The notes under the pieces were generated by a model. The model was given only the letters and a program-made list of their open reading frames with translations. It made no database searches and was not told the DNA's origin. From the NCBI GenBank assembly GCA_964394145.1, contig CAYMVL010000044.1:560-64559 (forward strand): a DNA stretch of 64,000 nucleotides. Direction: 5' to 3'. Every line of letters starts with the position of its first letter. Position 1 is the stretch's first letter. This DNA is from an uncultured Dehalococcoidales bacterium. GTDB lineage: Bacteria; Chloroflexota; Dehalococcoidia; GIF9; AB-539-J10. This document shows positions 56,473-64,000 of the stretch, piece by piece. A program made the translations under genes and the position numbers.

Positions 56473-57015
56473 ATGTCTATTGAAGAGAAGGATGTAGTTT
56501 GTCGGGCGATAGAAGGAGATGGAGAGGCATTTGCCCGGCTTTATGAAGAGTATTTCGATAAGGTTTACCGCTATCTTTACCTCAGGCTGGGGAATCAAGC
56601 TGAGGTCGAGGATCTAACCCAGGAGGTCTTTGTTAAGGCTTTGGAGGCAATTGGCTCTTACAGGTGGCGGAGTTTGCCTTTCGCCTCTTGGCTATTTCGT
56701 ATAGCCCGTAATCACATGATTGACCATTTGAGAAAAGCAGGCAAAGTTCAGAAGGTGGCTTGGGACGATAACATAGCTAGTGTTGAAGAGCCAAACCCGG
56801 TGCTCGTTGCCGAACAAAGGCTTGAAGTTGAAGAACTGAGGAATAATATAGAGAAATTATCGCCTGCCCAGCGAGCGGTGGTTTCTCTCCGGTTTGGAAG
56901 CGGACTCTCTGTGGCTGAAGTAGCTAAGGTTCTAGGCAAGAGCACAGGCACGGTGAAAGCCCTGCAATACAATGGCATAGTGGCTCTGAGAAGGATGCTT
57001 TCTGACAAGAGGTAG
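56473..57015 (+). CDS. ECF-type RNA polymerase sigma factor
   Basis: ATG at 56473. Region 2: FARLYEEYFDKVYRYLYLRLGN...EDLTQEVF...FASWLFRIARN. Region 4: LSPAQRAVVSLRF..GLSVAEVAKVLGKSTGTVKALQ. Confidence 0.85.
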   Translation: MSIEEKDVVCRAIEGDGEAFARLYEEYFDKVYRYLYLRLGNQAEVEDLTQEVFVKALEAIGSYRWRSLPFASWLFRIARNHMIDHLRKAGKVQKVAWDDNIASVEEPNPVLVAEQRLEVEELRNNIEKLSPAQRAVVSLRFGSGLSVAEVAKVLGKSTGTVKALQYNGIVALRRMLSDKR

Positions 57016-57018
57016 CAC

Positions 57019-57906
57019 ATGGCAGAGAGGATAGAATATATTCTGGATAACTGTCTGGAGCGCATATTCAGCGGAGAAAGCCGTGAGGATTGCCTCAAGA
57101 CCTATCCTGAGCAAGCATCTGAGTTGGAGTCTTTGCTCGATACCAGCTTGGCTTTTGTGGAAAAGTCTGCCGCTATCCAACCTGACCATGAGTTCAAGGT
57201 CAGGACTCATGCTCAGCTTCAGTCGCTGCTTCACGCTAGGCGAGAGAAAGTGGAAGGGAAAGCAGCAATTTCTATTTGGCGGAGGAGATGGGTTCCGGCT
57301 GTGGCCAGTATTGTAATTATTTTGTTTGCCGGCATAGGTACTGCAGCTGCTTCGGCGAATGCTTTACCAGAGCAGCCTTTGTACCCTGTAAAGCTGGCTA
57401 CAGAGCAAATGATGATGGGTCTGGCGTTCTCTGATGTGGATAAGGCAGAGCTCCATATTGAGTTTGCTCAGAGAAGGACAACGGAGATGGCCGAGCTGGC
57501 TAGTCAGGGTGATGATGATAAGGCCTTACTGCTGGCGGAGGAGGCTGACAGCCATATAGACCAGGTAGAGGAAATCGTCGAGGCGCGAGAGACGGCCCAG
57601 GCCGAGGATGCAGAGCTTTTCAGTGTGCCTCCGGAATCGCCTCCGCCGGCTGAATCAGCCCCGGGTCAGGTGACGGCGCCGTCCCCTATTCCTGCTCCGT
57701 CTGCGTCACAGAGAGCTAATGATAATAGTAGCTCAGATGAGAAGAGAGCTTTGGCGGTAATGCTCAGTCGCAGTCGTGCTGAGAACTTAGCTAAACTACA
57801 CAACGCTCTGGATAAGGCTCCCAAGGAACTGAAACCTTCTATCGAGCAAGCGATCAAGAATATGGCACGAGACTATGATGAGACACTTCTTAATCTGGAG
57901 AGTTAA
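57019..57906 (+). CDS. putative anti-sigma factor (N-terminal cytoplasmic segment, one TM helix, DUF5667-like extracytoplasmic domain)
   Basis: 295 aa. Starts 3 nt after the ECF sigma stop. TM helix VPAVASIVIILFAGIGTAAA, followed by LYPVKLATE and a Pro/Ser-rich linker. Confidence 0.6.
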   Translation: MAERIEYILDNCLERIFSGESREDCLKTYPEQASELESLLDTSLAFVEKSAAIQPDHEFKVRTHAQLQSLLHARREKVEGKAAISIWRRRWVPAVASIVIILFAGIGTAAASANALPEQPLYPVKLATEQMMMGLAFSDVDKAELHIEFAQRRTTEMAELASQGDDDKALLLAEEADSHIDQVEEIVEARETAQAEDAELFSVPPESPPPAESAPGQVTAPSPIPAPSASQRANDNSSSDEKRALAVMLSRSRAENLAKLHNALDKAPKELKPSIEQAIKNMARDYDETLLNLES

Positions 57907-58017
57907 GAGCTTGTTGCCAGCTTCGATGGTCTTTCTGGGCGCTTGAAAGATCGGGCAGCTACGGATAGTCTTCCATTTGAAAAGCGGTACCGGACGCTAG
58001 GTCTTGCCAAATTCTCT

Positions 58018-58046
58018 TTGGGTGATTGCGTTTCAGGGAGTATAAT
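58018..58046 (+). promoter_or_regulatory. candidate promoter giving a leaderless or near-leaderless dnaX mRNA
   Basis: TTGGGT (58018-58023), 17-nt spacer, TATAAT (58041-58046). Only 9 nt lie between the -10 and the ATG at 58056, and there is no SD. Confidence 0.4.
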
Positions 58047-58055
58047 ACTTGATAT

Positions 58056-59621
58056 ATGGGCTCTGAGGTTTTTTATCGCAAGTGGCGTCCGCAAAGTTTT
58101 GCTGAACTGGTAGGACAGGAACCTATAACTCAGACCTTGCGTAATGCTGTGGAGCAGGGAAAGATAGCCCATGCTTACCTTTTCTGCGGTCCGCGAGGCA
58201 CCGGCAAGACCAGTGCAGGGCGTATCCTGGCCAAGGCGGTTAATTGTCCTAATCAGGTGAGTGGCGAACCGTGTAATACCTGTGATATATGCCGCTCAAT
58301 TACAGAGGGCAGGGCATTGGATGTAATAGAGATAGACGCTGCCAGCAATCGCGGCATTGACGAAATCCGTAGCCTCAGGGAAAAGGTACATTATGCCCCC
58401 AGCCTTGCTCGTTATAAGGTATATATCATAGATGAAGTTCATATGCTTACTGAGGCAGCCTGCAATGCTTTGCTGAAGACATTAGAGGAACCGCCTGCTC
58501 ATGTAATCTTTGTTTTAGCCACCACGGAGGCACACAAGGTCATTCCCACCATAGTGTCTAGATGCCAGCGGTTCAACTTCCATCGCCTGGCGCAAGCAAC
58601 GATGGTGGATAAGTTGGATCTGATATGCAAGGAGGAGGGGATCAATATAGGGCTTAATTCTCTCAGGCTCATTGCCAGGTCTGCTACTGGAAGTCTTCGT
58701 GATGCTGAAAACATATTACAACAGCTGATTGCCTTTCATGGCAATCAGGTTGGATTTGACCAGGTTCAGGCAGAGCTTGGCGCTGCTGGTGACTCACGTG
58801 TTAGGCAACTGGCAAAACTTATTGTCACTAAGGACATCTCTGCGGGCCTGCAGGTTATTAATAGCATCAACAGAGATGGTGTTGACCTCAGGCAGTTCAA
58901 TCTTCAGCTTGTGGAGTATCTGCGAGGATTGCTTCTGGTTAAGTCGCAGTGCGATAAAGCGTTAGAAGTGACCGCTGAAGATTTAGCTGAGATGAGAGAC
59001 TCTGTGGCTAACAGCGGAGTTGATTACTTGCTCAAGGCAGTCAAACTTTTCGCCAGAATAGATTTTCATGGTGACAGTTACTCCACTTTGCCTTTAGAAT
59101 TAGCTTTAGTTGACTGCGTCCTGTCCTCTAAAGTTCGGCAAGAGGTGCCAGCTGTGACCCAAATTGAGGAAAGAGAGGAGACTGTTGAGCTATCTGAGAA
59201 GCTACCCGAAGCTTCTCCGGAGATTAAGGCCCCCGTTTCTGAAGGCATCACTGAGGCTTCTACTACAGAGGTTCCTAAAGATATAGACGAACTGCGCGAT
59301 CGGTGGAAGGATTTCATTGTCTCTTTGCGAGGGGAGGGTTCCAGTGGCAATTTGGATGCCTTCCTGCGTAGTGCCTGTGAGCCAGTGGATCTTCAAGGCG
59401 ATACGCTGGTGTTAGGTTTTTATTACTCCTTCCACAAGGAAAAGATCGAAGATGCTAAGTATCAACATCTGGTGGAGAAGAAGCTCAAAGAGGTCTTTGG
59501 CCAGCCTTATAAGATACGCTGTGTTCTGGTTGATCACAAGAGGGAAGATGCCTCTAAGGTGAAGAAACGAAATCCCCTGGTAGAAGCTGCTCTGGAAATG
59601 GGGGCTAAGATAGCTGAGTAA
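58056..59621 (+). CDS. dnaX: DNA polymerase III subunit gamma/tau
   Basis: 521 aa. Motifs: YRKWRPQSF, GPRGTGKTS, Zn module CNTCDICRS, IIDEVHML, SRCQRF. Confidence 0.95.
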   Translation: MGSEVFYRKWRPQSFAELVGQEPITQTLRNAVEQGKIAHAYLFCGPRGTGKTSAGRILAKAVNCPNQVSGEPCNTCDICRSITEGRALDVIEIDAASNRGIDEIRSLREKVHYAPSLARYKVYIIDEVHMLTEAACNALLKTLEEPPAHVIFVLATTEAHKVIPTIVSRCQRFNFHRLAQATMVDKLDLICKEEGINIGLNSLRLIARSATGSLRDAENILQQLIAFHGNQVGFDQVQAELGAAGDSRVRQLAKLIVTKDISAGLQVINSINRDGVDLRQFNLQLVEYLRGLLLVKSQCDKALEVTAEDLAEMRDSVANSGVDYLLKAVKLFARIDFHGDSYSTLPLELALVDCVLSSKVRQEVPAVTQIEEREETVELSEKLPEASPEIKAPVSEGITEASTTEVPKDIDELRDRWKDFIVSLRGEGSSGNLDAFLRSACEPVDLQGDTLVLGFYYSFHKEKIEDAKYQHLVEKKLKEVFGQPYKIRCVLVDHKREDASKVKKRNPLVEAALEMGAKIAE

Positions 59622-59642
59622 TAGTACAGATAAGGAAGAGAT

Positions 59643-59948
59643 ATGGATAAATCAATATTACGTCAGGCGCAGGAACTTCAGACAAAGCTGGCTAAAGCCC
59701 AGGAGGAGTTGGGCAATATCACAACGGAAGCTGCTAGCGGGGGTGGAGCTGTGAAGGTGGTGATTGATGGTCACCAGAGGGTTCACTCAGTGGAGATATC
59801 ACCAGAGGTGGTCAATATTGAGGATGTGGAATTGTTGCAGGATTTAGTCATGACTGCAGTTAACGAAGCGGTTGCTAAGTCGCAGGAGCTTGCCAGCAAG
59901 CATCTCAGTAGTCTAACCGGTGGGCTTAAGATACCAGGATTAACTTAG
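59643..59948 (+). CDS. ybaB: YbaB/EbfC family nucleoid-associated protein
   Basis: 101 aa. Motifs: QAQELQTKLAKAQEEL, GGGAVKVVIDG, DVELLQDLVMTAVNEA, GLKIPGL. Confidence 0.9.
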   Translation: MDKSILRQAQELQTKLAKAQEELGNITTEAASGGGAVKVVIDGHQRVHSVEISPEVVNIEDVELLQDLVMTAVNEAVAKSQELASKHLSSLTGGLKIPGLT

Positions 59949-59954
59949 GTAACG

Positions 59955-60554
59955 ATGTCATTTGTTGCTGAACCTGTAGCTAGAGCAATCCAGGAATTTA
60001 ATAAGTTACCTGGAATCGGTCCCAAGAGTGCCCAAAGGTTAACGTATCATTTGTTGCGTGGCTCGGATGAAGAGGCTAGAGCTTTAATTGATGCTATTCT
60101 GGCTCTAAAGGAGAAGCTGAAGCTGTGTTCAGTCTGTTTTAATATCACGGACCGTGACCCTTGCCTCATTTGCCAGGATAAGGAACGCGACCACTCTAAA
60201 ATCTGTGTCGTCGAGAAACCTTCCGACATACTTCCTTTGGAGCGGACGGGGAGGTATAGGGGCGTTTACCATGTACTGCATGGAAGTATTAGTCCGGCGC
60301 AAGGGATAGGGGCTGATGATTTGAAGGTGAGGGAGCTTTTGTCGCGGTGCCAGGATGGGTCGGTGACAGAAGTGATTGTGGCGACAAATCCTAATGTGGA
60401 AGGTGAGACTACGGCCATGTACCTTCGGCGCATGATCCAACCTTTAGGTATTCGCGTCAGTCGCCTGGCTAGGGGCTTGCCGTTTGGTGCTGAACTTGAA
60501 TATGCCGATGATGTAACATTGGGTCAAGCGCTGGACCAGAGGCAGGAATTCTGA
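59955..60554 (+). CDS. recR: recombination protein RecR
   Basis: 199 aa. Motifs: KLPGIGPKSAQRL HhH, CxxC...CxIC zinc finger, Toprim VVEKPSD...ATNPNVEGE. Confidence 0.95.
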   Translation: MSFVAEPVARAIQEFNKLPGIGPKSAQRLTYHLLRGSDEEARALIDAILALKEKLKLCSVCFNITDRDPCLICQDKERDHSKICVVEKPSDILPLERTGRYRGVYHVLHGSISPAQGIGADDLKVRELLSRCQDGSVTEVIVATNPNVEGETTAMYLRRMIQPLGIRVSRLARGLPFGAELEYADDVTLGQALDQRQEF

Positions 60555-60564
60555 GTGGCTGTGG

Positions 60565-61326
60565 ATGGGAGCAGATCGAAATTATCAAACACAAGCTATT
60601 GTTATTAAGCAAAGCAAGTTTGGCGAGACTGATAGGATCATTACTTTCTATACGGCCGAACTTGGTAAGCTGAGGGCGGTAGCCCGGGGTATCGGTCGCC
60701 CCGGGAGCAAGCTAGGCGGCAATGTGGAACCCATAACCTATAGCTTGGTTATGCTGGCCACAGGACGCAACTTGGATATCGTCACTCAAAGTCAGACTAT
60801 GGATGGTTTCTTGACTTTGAAAGGTGACCTGAAACTAATGGCTTACGGGCTTTATATCCTGGAGCTCGTCGATTCTTTTACCGTCGATAATAACGCAAAC
60901 CGCCCTCTGTTCGATTTGTTACTGGATTCCTTACGTTTGTTAACTGAGACAAACAATAATGAAATTGTGTTGCGCTATTTTGAACTTCATCTTCTGCAGC
61001 ATCTTGGTTATCGTCCGGAGCTTTATCGTTGTGTAAGGTGTAATTCACCTCTCAGACCGGTGGTCAACTATTTCAGCTCTGGCGAGGGTGGAGTAATATG
61101 TCCTCGTTGCGGCCAAAATGAGTATCAACCTTTGGCCTTATCAGTTGATGCTCTAAAGGTACTTCGTTTGTGGCAAGACTGTGATTATCTTACTGCAAGG
61201 CGAGTAAAGGTAGAATCTAAAATATCGTTGGAGTTGCAGAGGTTACTGCAGGGCTATATTGGATACCTTTTGCAGCGAACGCCAAAGTCAATAGCCTGGC
61301 TGGAAGAGTTGAAAAAGATGGCCTGA
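60565..61326 (+). CDS. recO: DNA repair protein RecO
   Basis: 253 aa. N-terminal OB fold (AIVIKQSKFGETDRIITFYT) and zinc motif CVRCNS...CPRCG. Confidence 0.9.
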   Translation: MGADRNYQTQAIVIKQSKFGETDRIITFYTAELGKLRAVARGIGRPGSKLGGNVEPITYSLVMLATGRNLDIVTQSQTMDGFLTLKGDLKLMAYGLYILELVDSFTVDNNANRPLFDLLLDSLRLLTETNNNEIVLRYFELHLLQHLGYRPELYRCVRCNSPLRPVVNYFSSGEGGVICPRCGQNEYQPLALSVDALKVLRLWQDCDYLTARRVKVESKISLELQRLLQGYIGYLLQRTPKSIAWLEELKKMA

Positions 61327-61376
61327 CCTGGTTCAGACAGCGCTTTGCAACAGTACCGCTGGTATTATGAGTCTTG

Positions 61377-61406
61377 TTGACTGATAGAAGAATCAAGTAG
61401 TATTAT
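61377..61406 (+). promoter_or_regulatory. candidate promoter giving a leaderless or near-leaderless glyA mRNA
   Basis: TTGACT (61377-61382), 18-nt spacer, TATTAT (61401-61406). 9 nt lie between the -10 and the ATG at 61416, and there is no SD. Confidence 0.4.
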
Positions 61407-61415
61407 GGCGCAGAT

Positions 61416-62672
61416 ATGAAACCCGAAAAGGCATCCGCTCTGGCGCGACACGATAGCGAACTAGCGCGAATCCTACAATCAGAAACGGAGAGCCAGGCGA
61501 GTACCATAAATCTCATCGCCTCCGAGAACCATGCTAGCCGAGCAGTCCTTGAAGCTCAAGGTTCTCTCTTAACCGACAAGTATGCTGAGGGGTATCCGGG
61601 GCATCGTTACTATGGTGGTTGCACCCATGTAGACGAAGCTGAGAAACTTGCCATTGAGAGGGCGCAACAGCTATTCAAGGCGGAACATGCCAATGTCCAG
61701 CCCCATAGTGGCAGCCAGGCAAACATGGCAGCTTATTCAGTTTTGCTGGAGCATGGTGATGCCGTTATGGGCATGAACTTGAGCCATGGAGGGCATCTTA
61801 CCCATGGCTCAGTGGTCAATTTCTCCGGCAGGTGGTATAGATTCATTCCCTACGGTGTTGACGCTAAGACGGAGATGCTTGACTATGATGATATACAGGG
61901 TCTAGCTTTCGAGCATAAGCCCAAGCTGATTATAGCAGGGGCAAGCGCTTACCCGCGCACCATTGATTTTGAGAGGTTTCGTTATATAGCTGATAAGGCA
62001 GGTGCCAAGTTGCTGGTTGACATGGCTCATATAGCAGGGATAGTAGCTGCTGGATGTCATCCATCTCCTGTGCCACATGCTCAGGTGCTTACCTCTACTA
62101 CACAGAAGACCCTGAGAGGGCCCCGGGGTGGCTTTATCTTGTGTAACCAGGAATTGGCTTCGGATATTGACGCTGCGGTCTTCCCGGGAATGCAGGGTGG
62201 CCCTATGATGCACACCATTGCAGCTAAAGCTGCCTGTTTTTTTGAGGCGATGCAACCCGAGTTCGTCTCTTACCAGAAAGCCGTGCTGCAGAATGCCCGT
62301 GCCCTGGCCTCTGAGCTTCAAGCACACGGACTCCGCATTGTTTCAGGAGGAACGGATAATCACCTTATTCTTATCGACCTGTCGGCTCTGGGGATAAGCG
62401 GCAGGGATGCTGAGCTTGCACTGGAGAAGGTGAGCATATTAGTTAACAGGAATACTATTCCATTTGATCCCAAGCCACCGCAGGTTGCGAGTGGCATCAG
62501 AATCGGCACGCCGGCGGTAACTACCAGGGGCCTCGGGATGGAAGAAATGAAACATATCGGCTCTATTATTTTCAGGGTGCTCTCTCGTCCTGACGATAAG
62601 CCTACTGAAAAGCAAGCCAGGGAAGAAGTAAAGCAATTGTGTCAGCATTTCCCCATTCCCAGTCTAGTGTAA
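61416..62672 (+). CDS. glyA: serine hydroxymethyltransferase
   Basis: 418 aa. Motifs: [45 protein letters not shown] (PLP Lys region). Confidence 0.95.
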   Translation: MKPEKASALARHDSELARILQSETESQASTINLIASENHASRAVLEAQGSLLTDKYAEGYPGHRYYGGCTHVDEAEKLAIERAQQLFKAEHANVQPHSGSQANMAAYSVLLEHGDAVMGMNLSHGGHLTHGSVVNFSGRWYRFIPYGVDAKTEMLDYDDIQGLAFEHKPKLIIAGASAYPRTIDFERFRYIADKAGAKLLVDMAHIAGIVAAGCHPSPVPHAQVLTSTTQKTLRGPRGGFILCNQELASDIDAAVFPGMQGGPMMHTIAAKAACFFEAMQPEFVSYQKAVLQNARALASELQAHGLRIVSGGTDNHLILIDLSALGISGRDAELALEKVSILVNRNTIPFDPKPPQVASGIRIGTPAVTTRGLGMEEMKHIGSIIFRVLSRPDDKPTEKQAREEVKQLCQHFPIPSLV

Positions 62673-62777
62673 GGCCATTTCTCCCAGCGATAATCCCTGT
62701 TGGCACCTCTTGATTAAGTCCGCGCTGTCAGAGTCTTTGCAGCTCACCCTCCGCAGCAAGAAGAGATGAAGGTCAGG

Positions 62778-62786
62778 TGGTATAAT
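62778..62786 (+). promoter_or_regulatory. candidate extended -10 promoter element upstream of prs
   Basis: TGGTATAAT (TGnTATAAT) at 62778-62786. No clear -35. An AGGGAGG SD precedes the ATG at 62819. Confidence 0.35.
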
Positions 62787-62818
62787 ACTAACATCCAAAT
62801 ATACGTCAGGGAGGCACG

Positions 62819-63757
62819 ATGGACGAACTGAAGGTATTTACTGGCAACGCTCACCCCAGCTTAGCACAGTCGGTGTGTGACTATCTGGGCATACCTTTAG
62901 GCAAAGCAGAGATTTTTGAATTCAGCAACGAGAATATCTTTGTCCGCATCCTGGAGAATGTGCGCCAGCGAGATGTTTTTGTCATTCAGCCCATCTGCTC
63001 TCCGGTTAACAAGAGCCTGGTCGAACTACTGATTATGATTGATGCCTTCAAGCGAGCCTCAGCCGGGCGAATCACGGCTGTTGTTCCCTATTATGGCTAC
63101 GGCCGGACTGATAAGAAGGACCAACCGCGGGTACCCATCACCGCCCGGCTGGTTGCAGACTTACTTACTACTGCCGGTGCGCACAGGTTGCTTACAATAG
63201 ACCTGCATGCTCCCCAAATTCAAGGTTTTTTCACTACGCCTGTTGATGAGTTGACCGCCTTGCCTATCCTGGCTCAATACTTCAGGGAAAAAGCCCTGGG
63301 CCCTTTGGTGGTTGTGGCCACCGATATTGGTATCTCTAAGCGGGCCCGAGACCTTGCCGCCAAGCTTGGCACACCCCTGGCTATAATTGAAAAGAGACGC
63401 CTGGGTAATATGGATGCTTCCGAAACTCTCAATGTGATTGGCGATGTTGAAGGGATGTGCGCTCTTACGGTTGACGATGAGATTGATACCGCTGGTTCTC
63501 TGGTCGCTGCAGTAGGGGCTCTTCTGGAGCACGGCGCTATTGAGGTTTACTCCTGCTGTACTCACCCTGTCTTCTCGAACGCGGCTGTCGAAAGGATAGC
63601 CTCCAGCCCTGTAAAGGAGGTAGTGGTTACCGACACTATACCTGTCATCAATAATAAGAAACTGAATAAGATTACGGTTCTGCCTACAGCTTCGCTTATT
63701 GGAGAAGCTATTCATCGTATCCATACTGGCCTGTCCGTGGGAGCTATGTTTGAGTAG
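62819..63757 (+). CDS. prs: ribose-phosphate pyrophosphokinase
   Basis: 312 aa. Motifs: KVFTGNAHP, VFVIQ, YYGYGRTDKK, DLHAPQIQGFF, VDDEIDTAGS. Confidence 0.95.
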   Translation: MDELKVFTGNAHPSLAQSVCDYLGIPLGKAEIFEFSNENIFVRILENVRQRDVFVIQPICSPVNKSLVELLIMIDAFKRASAGRITAVVPYYGYGRTDKKDQPRVPITARLVADLLTTAGAHRLLTIDLHAPQIQGFFTTPVDELTALPILAQYFREKALGPLVVVATDIGISKRARDLAAKLGTPLAIIEKRRLGNMDASETLNVIGDVEGMCALTVDDEIDTAGSLVAAVGALLEHGAIEVYSCCTHPVFSNAAVERIASSPVKEVVVTDTIPVINNKKLNKITVLPTASLIGEAIHRIHTGLSVGAMFE

Positions 63758-63821
63758 AGAGTCTGCCGGTGTCGGAGGCGGGAATAGATAGCAAGACTTA
63801 TTCAGTGCTGGCAAAGCAGAA

Positions 63822-64000
63822 ATGTTTAAGTTATTCAGTGGTCTGGTTGATTCTAATGAGAAGGAGTTGAGGCGCCTTCAACCCCTGGTATCGCGAATAA
63901 ATTCGCTTGAGTCTGACTTCCAGAGGCTCTCCGACGGCGAATTACGGGCTAAGACCGATGAGTTCAAGGCTCGGTTGAGCAATGGCGAGAGCCTAGATGA
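63822..64000 (+). CDS. secA: preprotein translocase ATPase SecA (5' end only; runs off the window)
   Basis: MFKLFSGLVDSNEKELRRLQPLVSRINSLESDFQRLSDGELRAKTDEFKARL is a typical SecA N-terminus. Truncated by the window edge. Confidence 0.85.
   Translation, partial: MFKLFSGLVDSNEKELRRLQPLVSRINSLESDFQRLSDGELRAKTDEFKARLSNGESLD

Noticed and set aside
57907-58055. Searched the dnaX upstream region for an SRP RNA (ffs), which often precedes dnaX-ybaB-recR.
   Set aside because: Neither strand shows the domain IV signature (GGAAGCAGCC-type symmetric loop with a GNRA tetraloop). The region is better explained as a promoter.
1-64000. Looked for CRISPR arrays, rRNA genes, additional tRNAs (GGTTCGAATCC-type T-loops on either strand), RNase P RNA (GAGGAAAGTCC) and large inverted repeats typical of intact IS elements.
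   Set aside because: None found by eye. Only tRNA-Pro and the tmRNA show T-arm signatures, and the only tandem repeat is the 2 x 120-bp unit at 13896-14135.

Overview
The window is a 64-kb stretch of bacterial chromosome. Gene content (Asp23 cluster, ComEA/ComEC, AbrB, several apparently leaderless promoters) hints at a Terrabacteria/Chloroflexota-like organism, but this is inference only. Most of it is housekeeping: rpoD, class II photolyase, tRNA-Pro, hom-thrC, folE, a MacB-type efflux operon, moaA-moaC-MOSC behind a candidate Moco riboswitch, rho, tal, pyrG, smpB-ssrA, an Asp23 cluster, comEA/comEC, two ABC-2 transporter genes, rph, malic enzyme, gatB, secG, acetoacetyl-CoA synthetase, an ECF sigma/anti-sigma pair, dnaX-ybaB-recR-recO, glyA, prs and the start of secA.

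The clearly accessory part is the left end (about 0.1-8.7 kb). One near-consensus promoter drives six tightly or translationally coupled genes: an RHH antitoxin, a PIN toxin, a Type III-like Res helicase-nuclease, a TcmP-like protein, a Gp37/Gp68 (DUF5131/PF07505) Cys-motif protein, and a large beta-class Mod methyltransferase. The uncharacterised TcmP/DUF5131 pair sits between res and mod. I rate this as the best candidate for an undescribed restriction/DNA-modification system.

Secondary observations:
- A decayed duplicate of the smpB 5' end lies on the far side of the Asp23 cassette.
- A 63-codon leader ORF sits between the putative Moco riboswitch and moaA.
- A dicarboxylate-CoA ligase/lyase cluster has a small Cys-rich ferredoxin-like gene inserted between its beta and alpha subunit genes, plus an M24-fold protein with non-canonical metal ligands.
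- Several gene relics are present (transposase, nitroreductase, M24 N-terminus).
- A 2 x 120-bp tandem repeat lies inside a small charged-protein gene.
- dnaX and glyA have leaderless-type promoters.

No CRISPR array and no rRNA were seen. All family assignments come from reading motifs by eye and from memory of the families; no searches were run.
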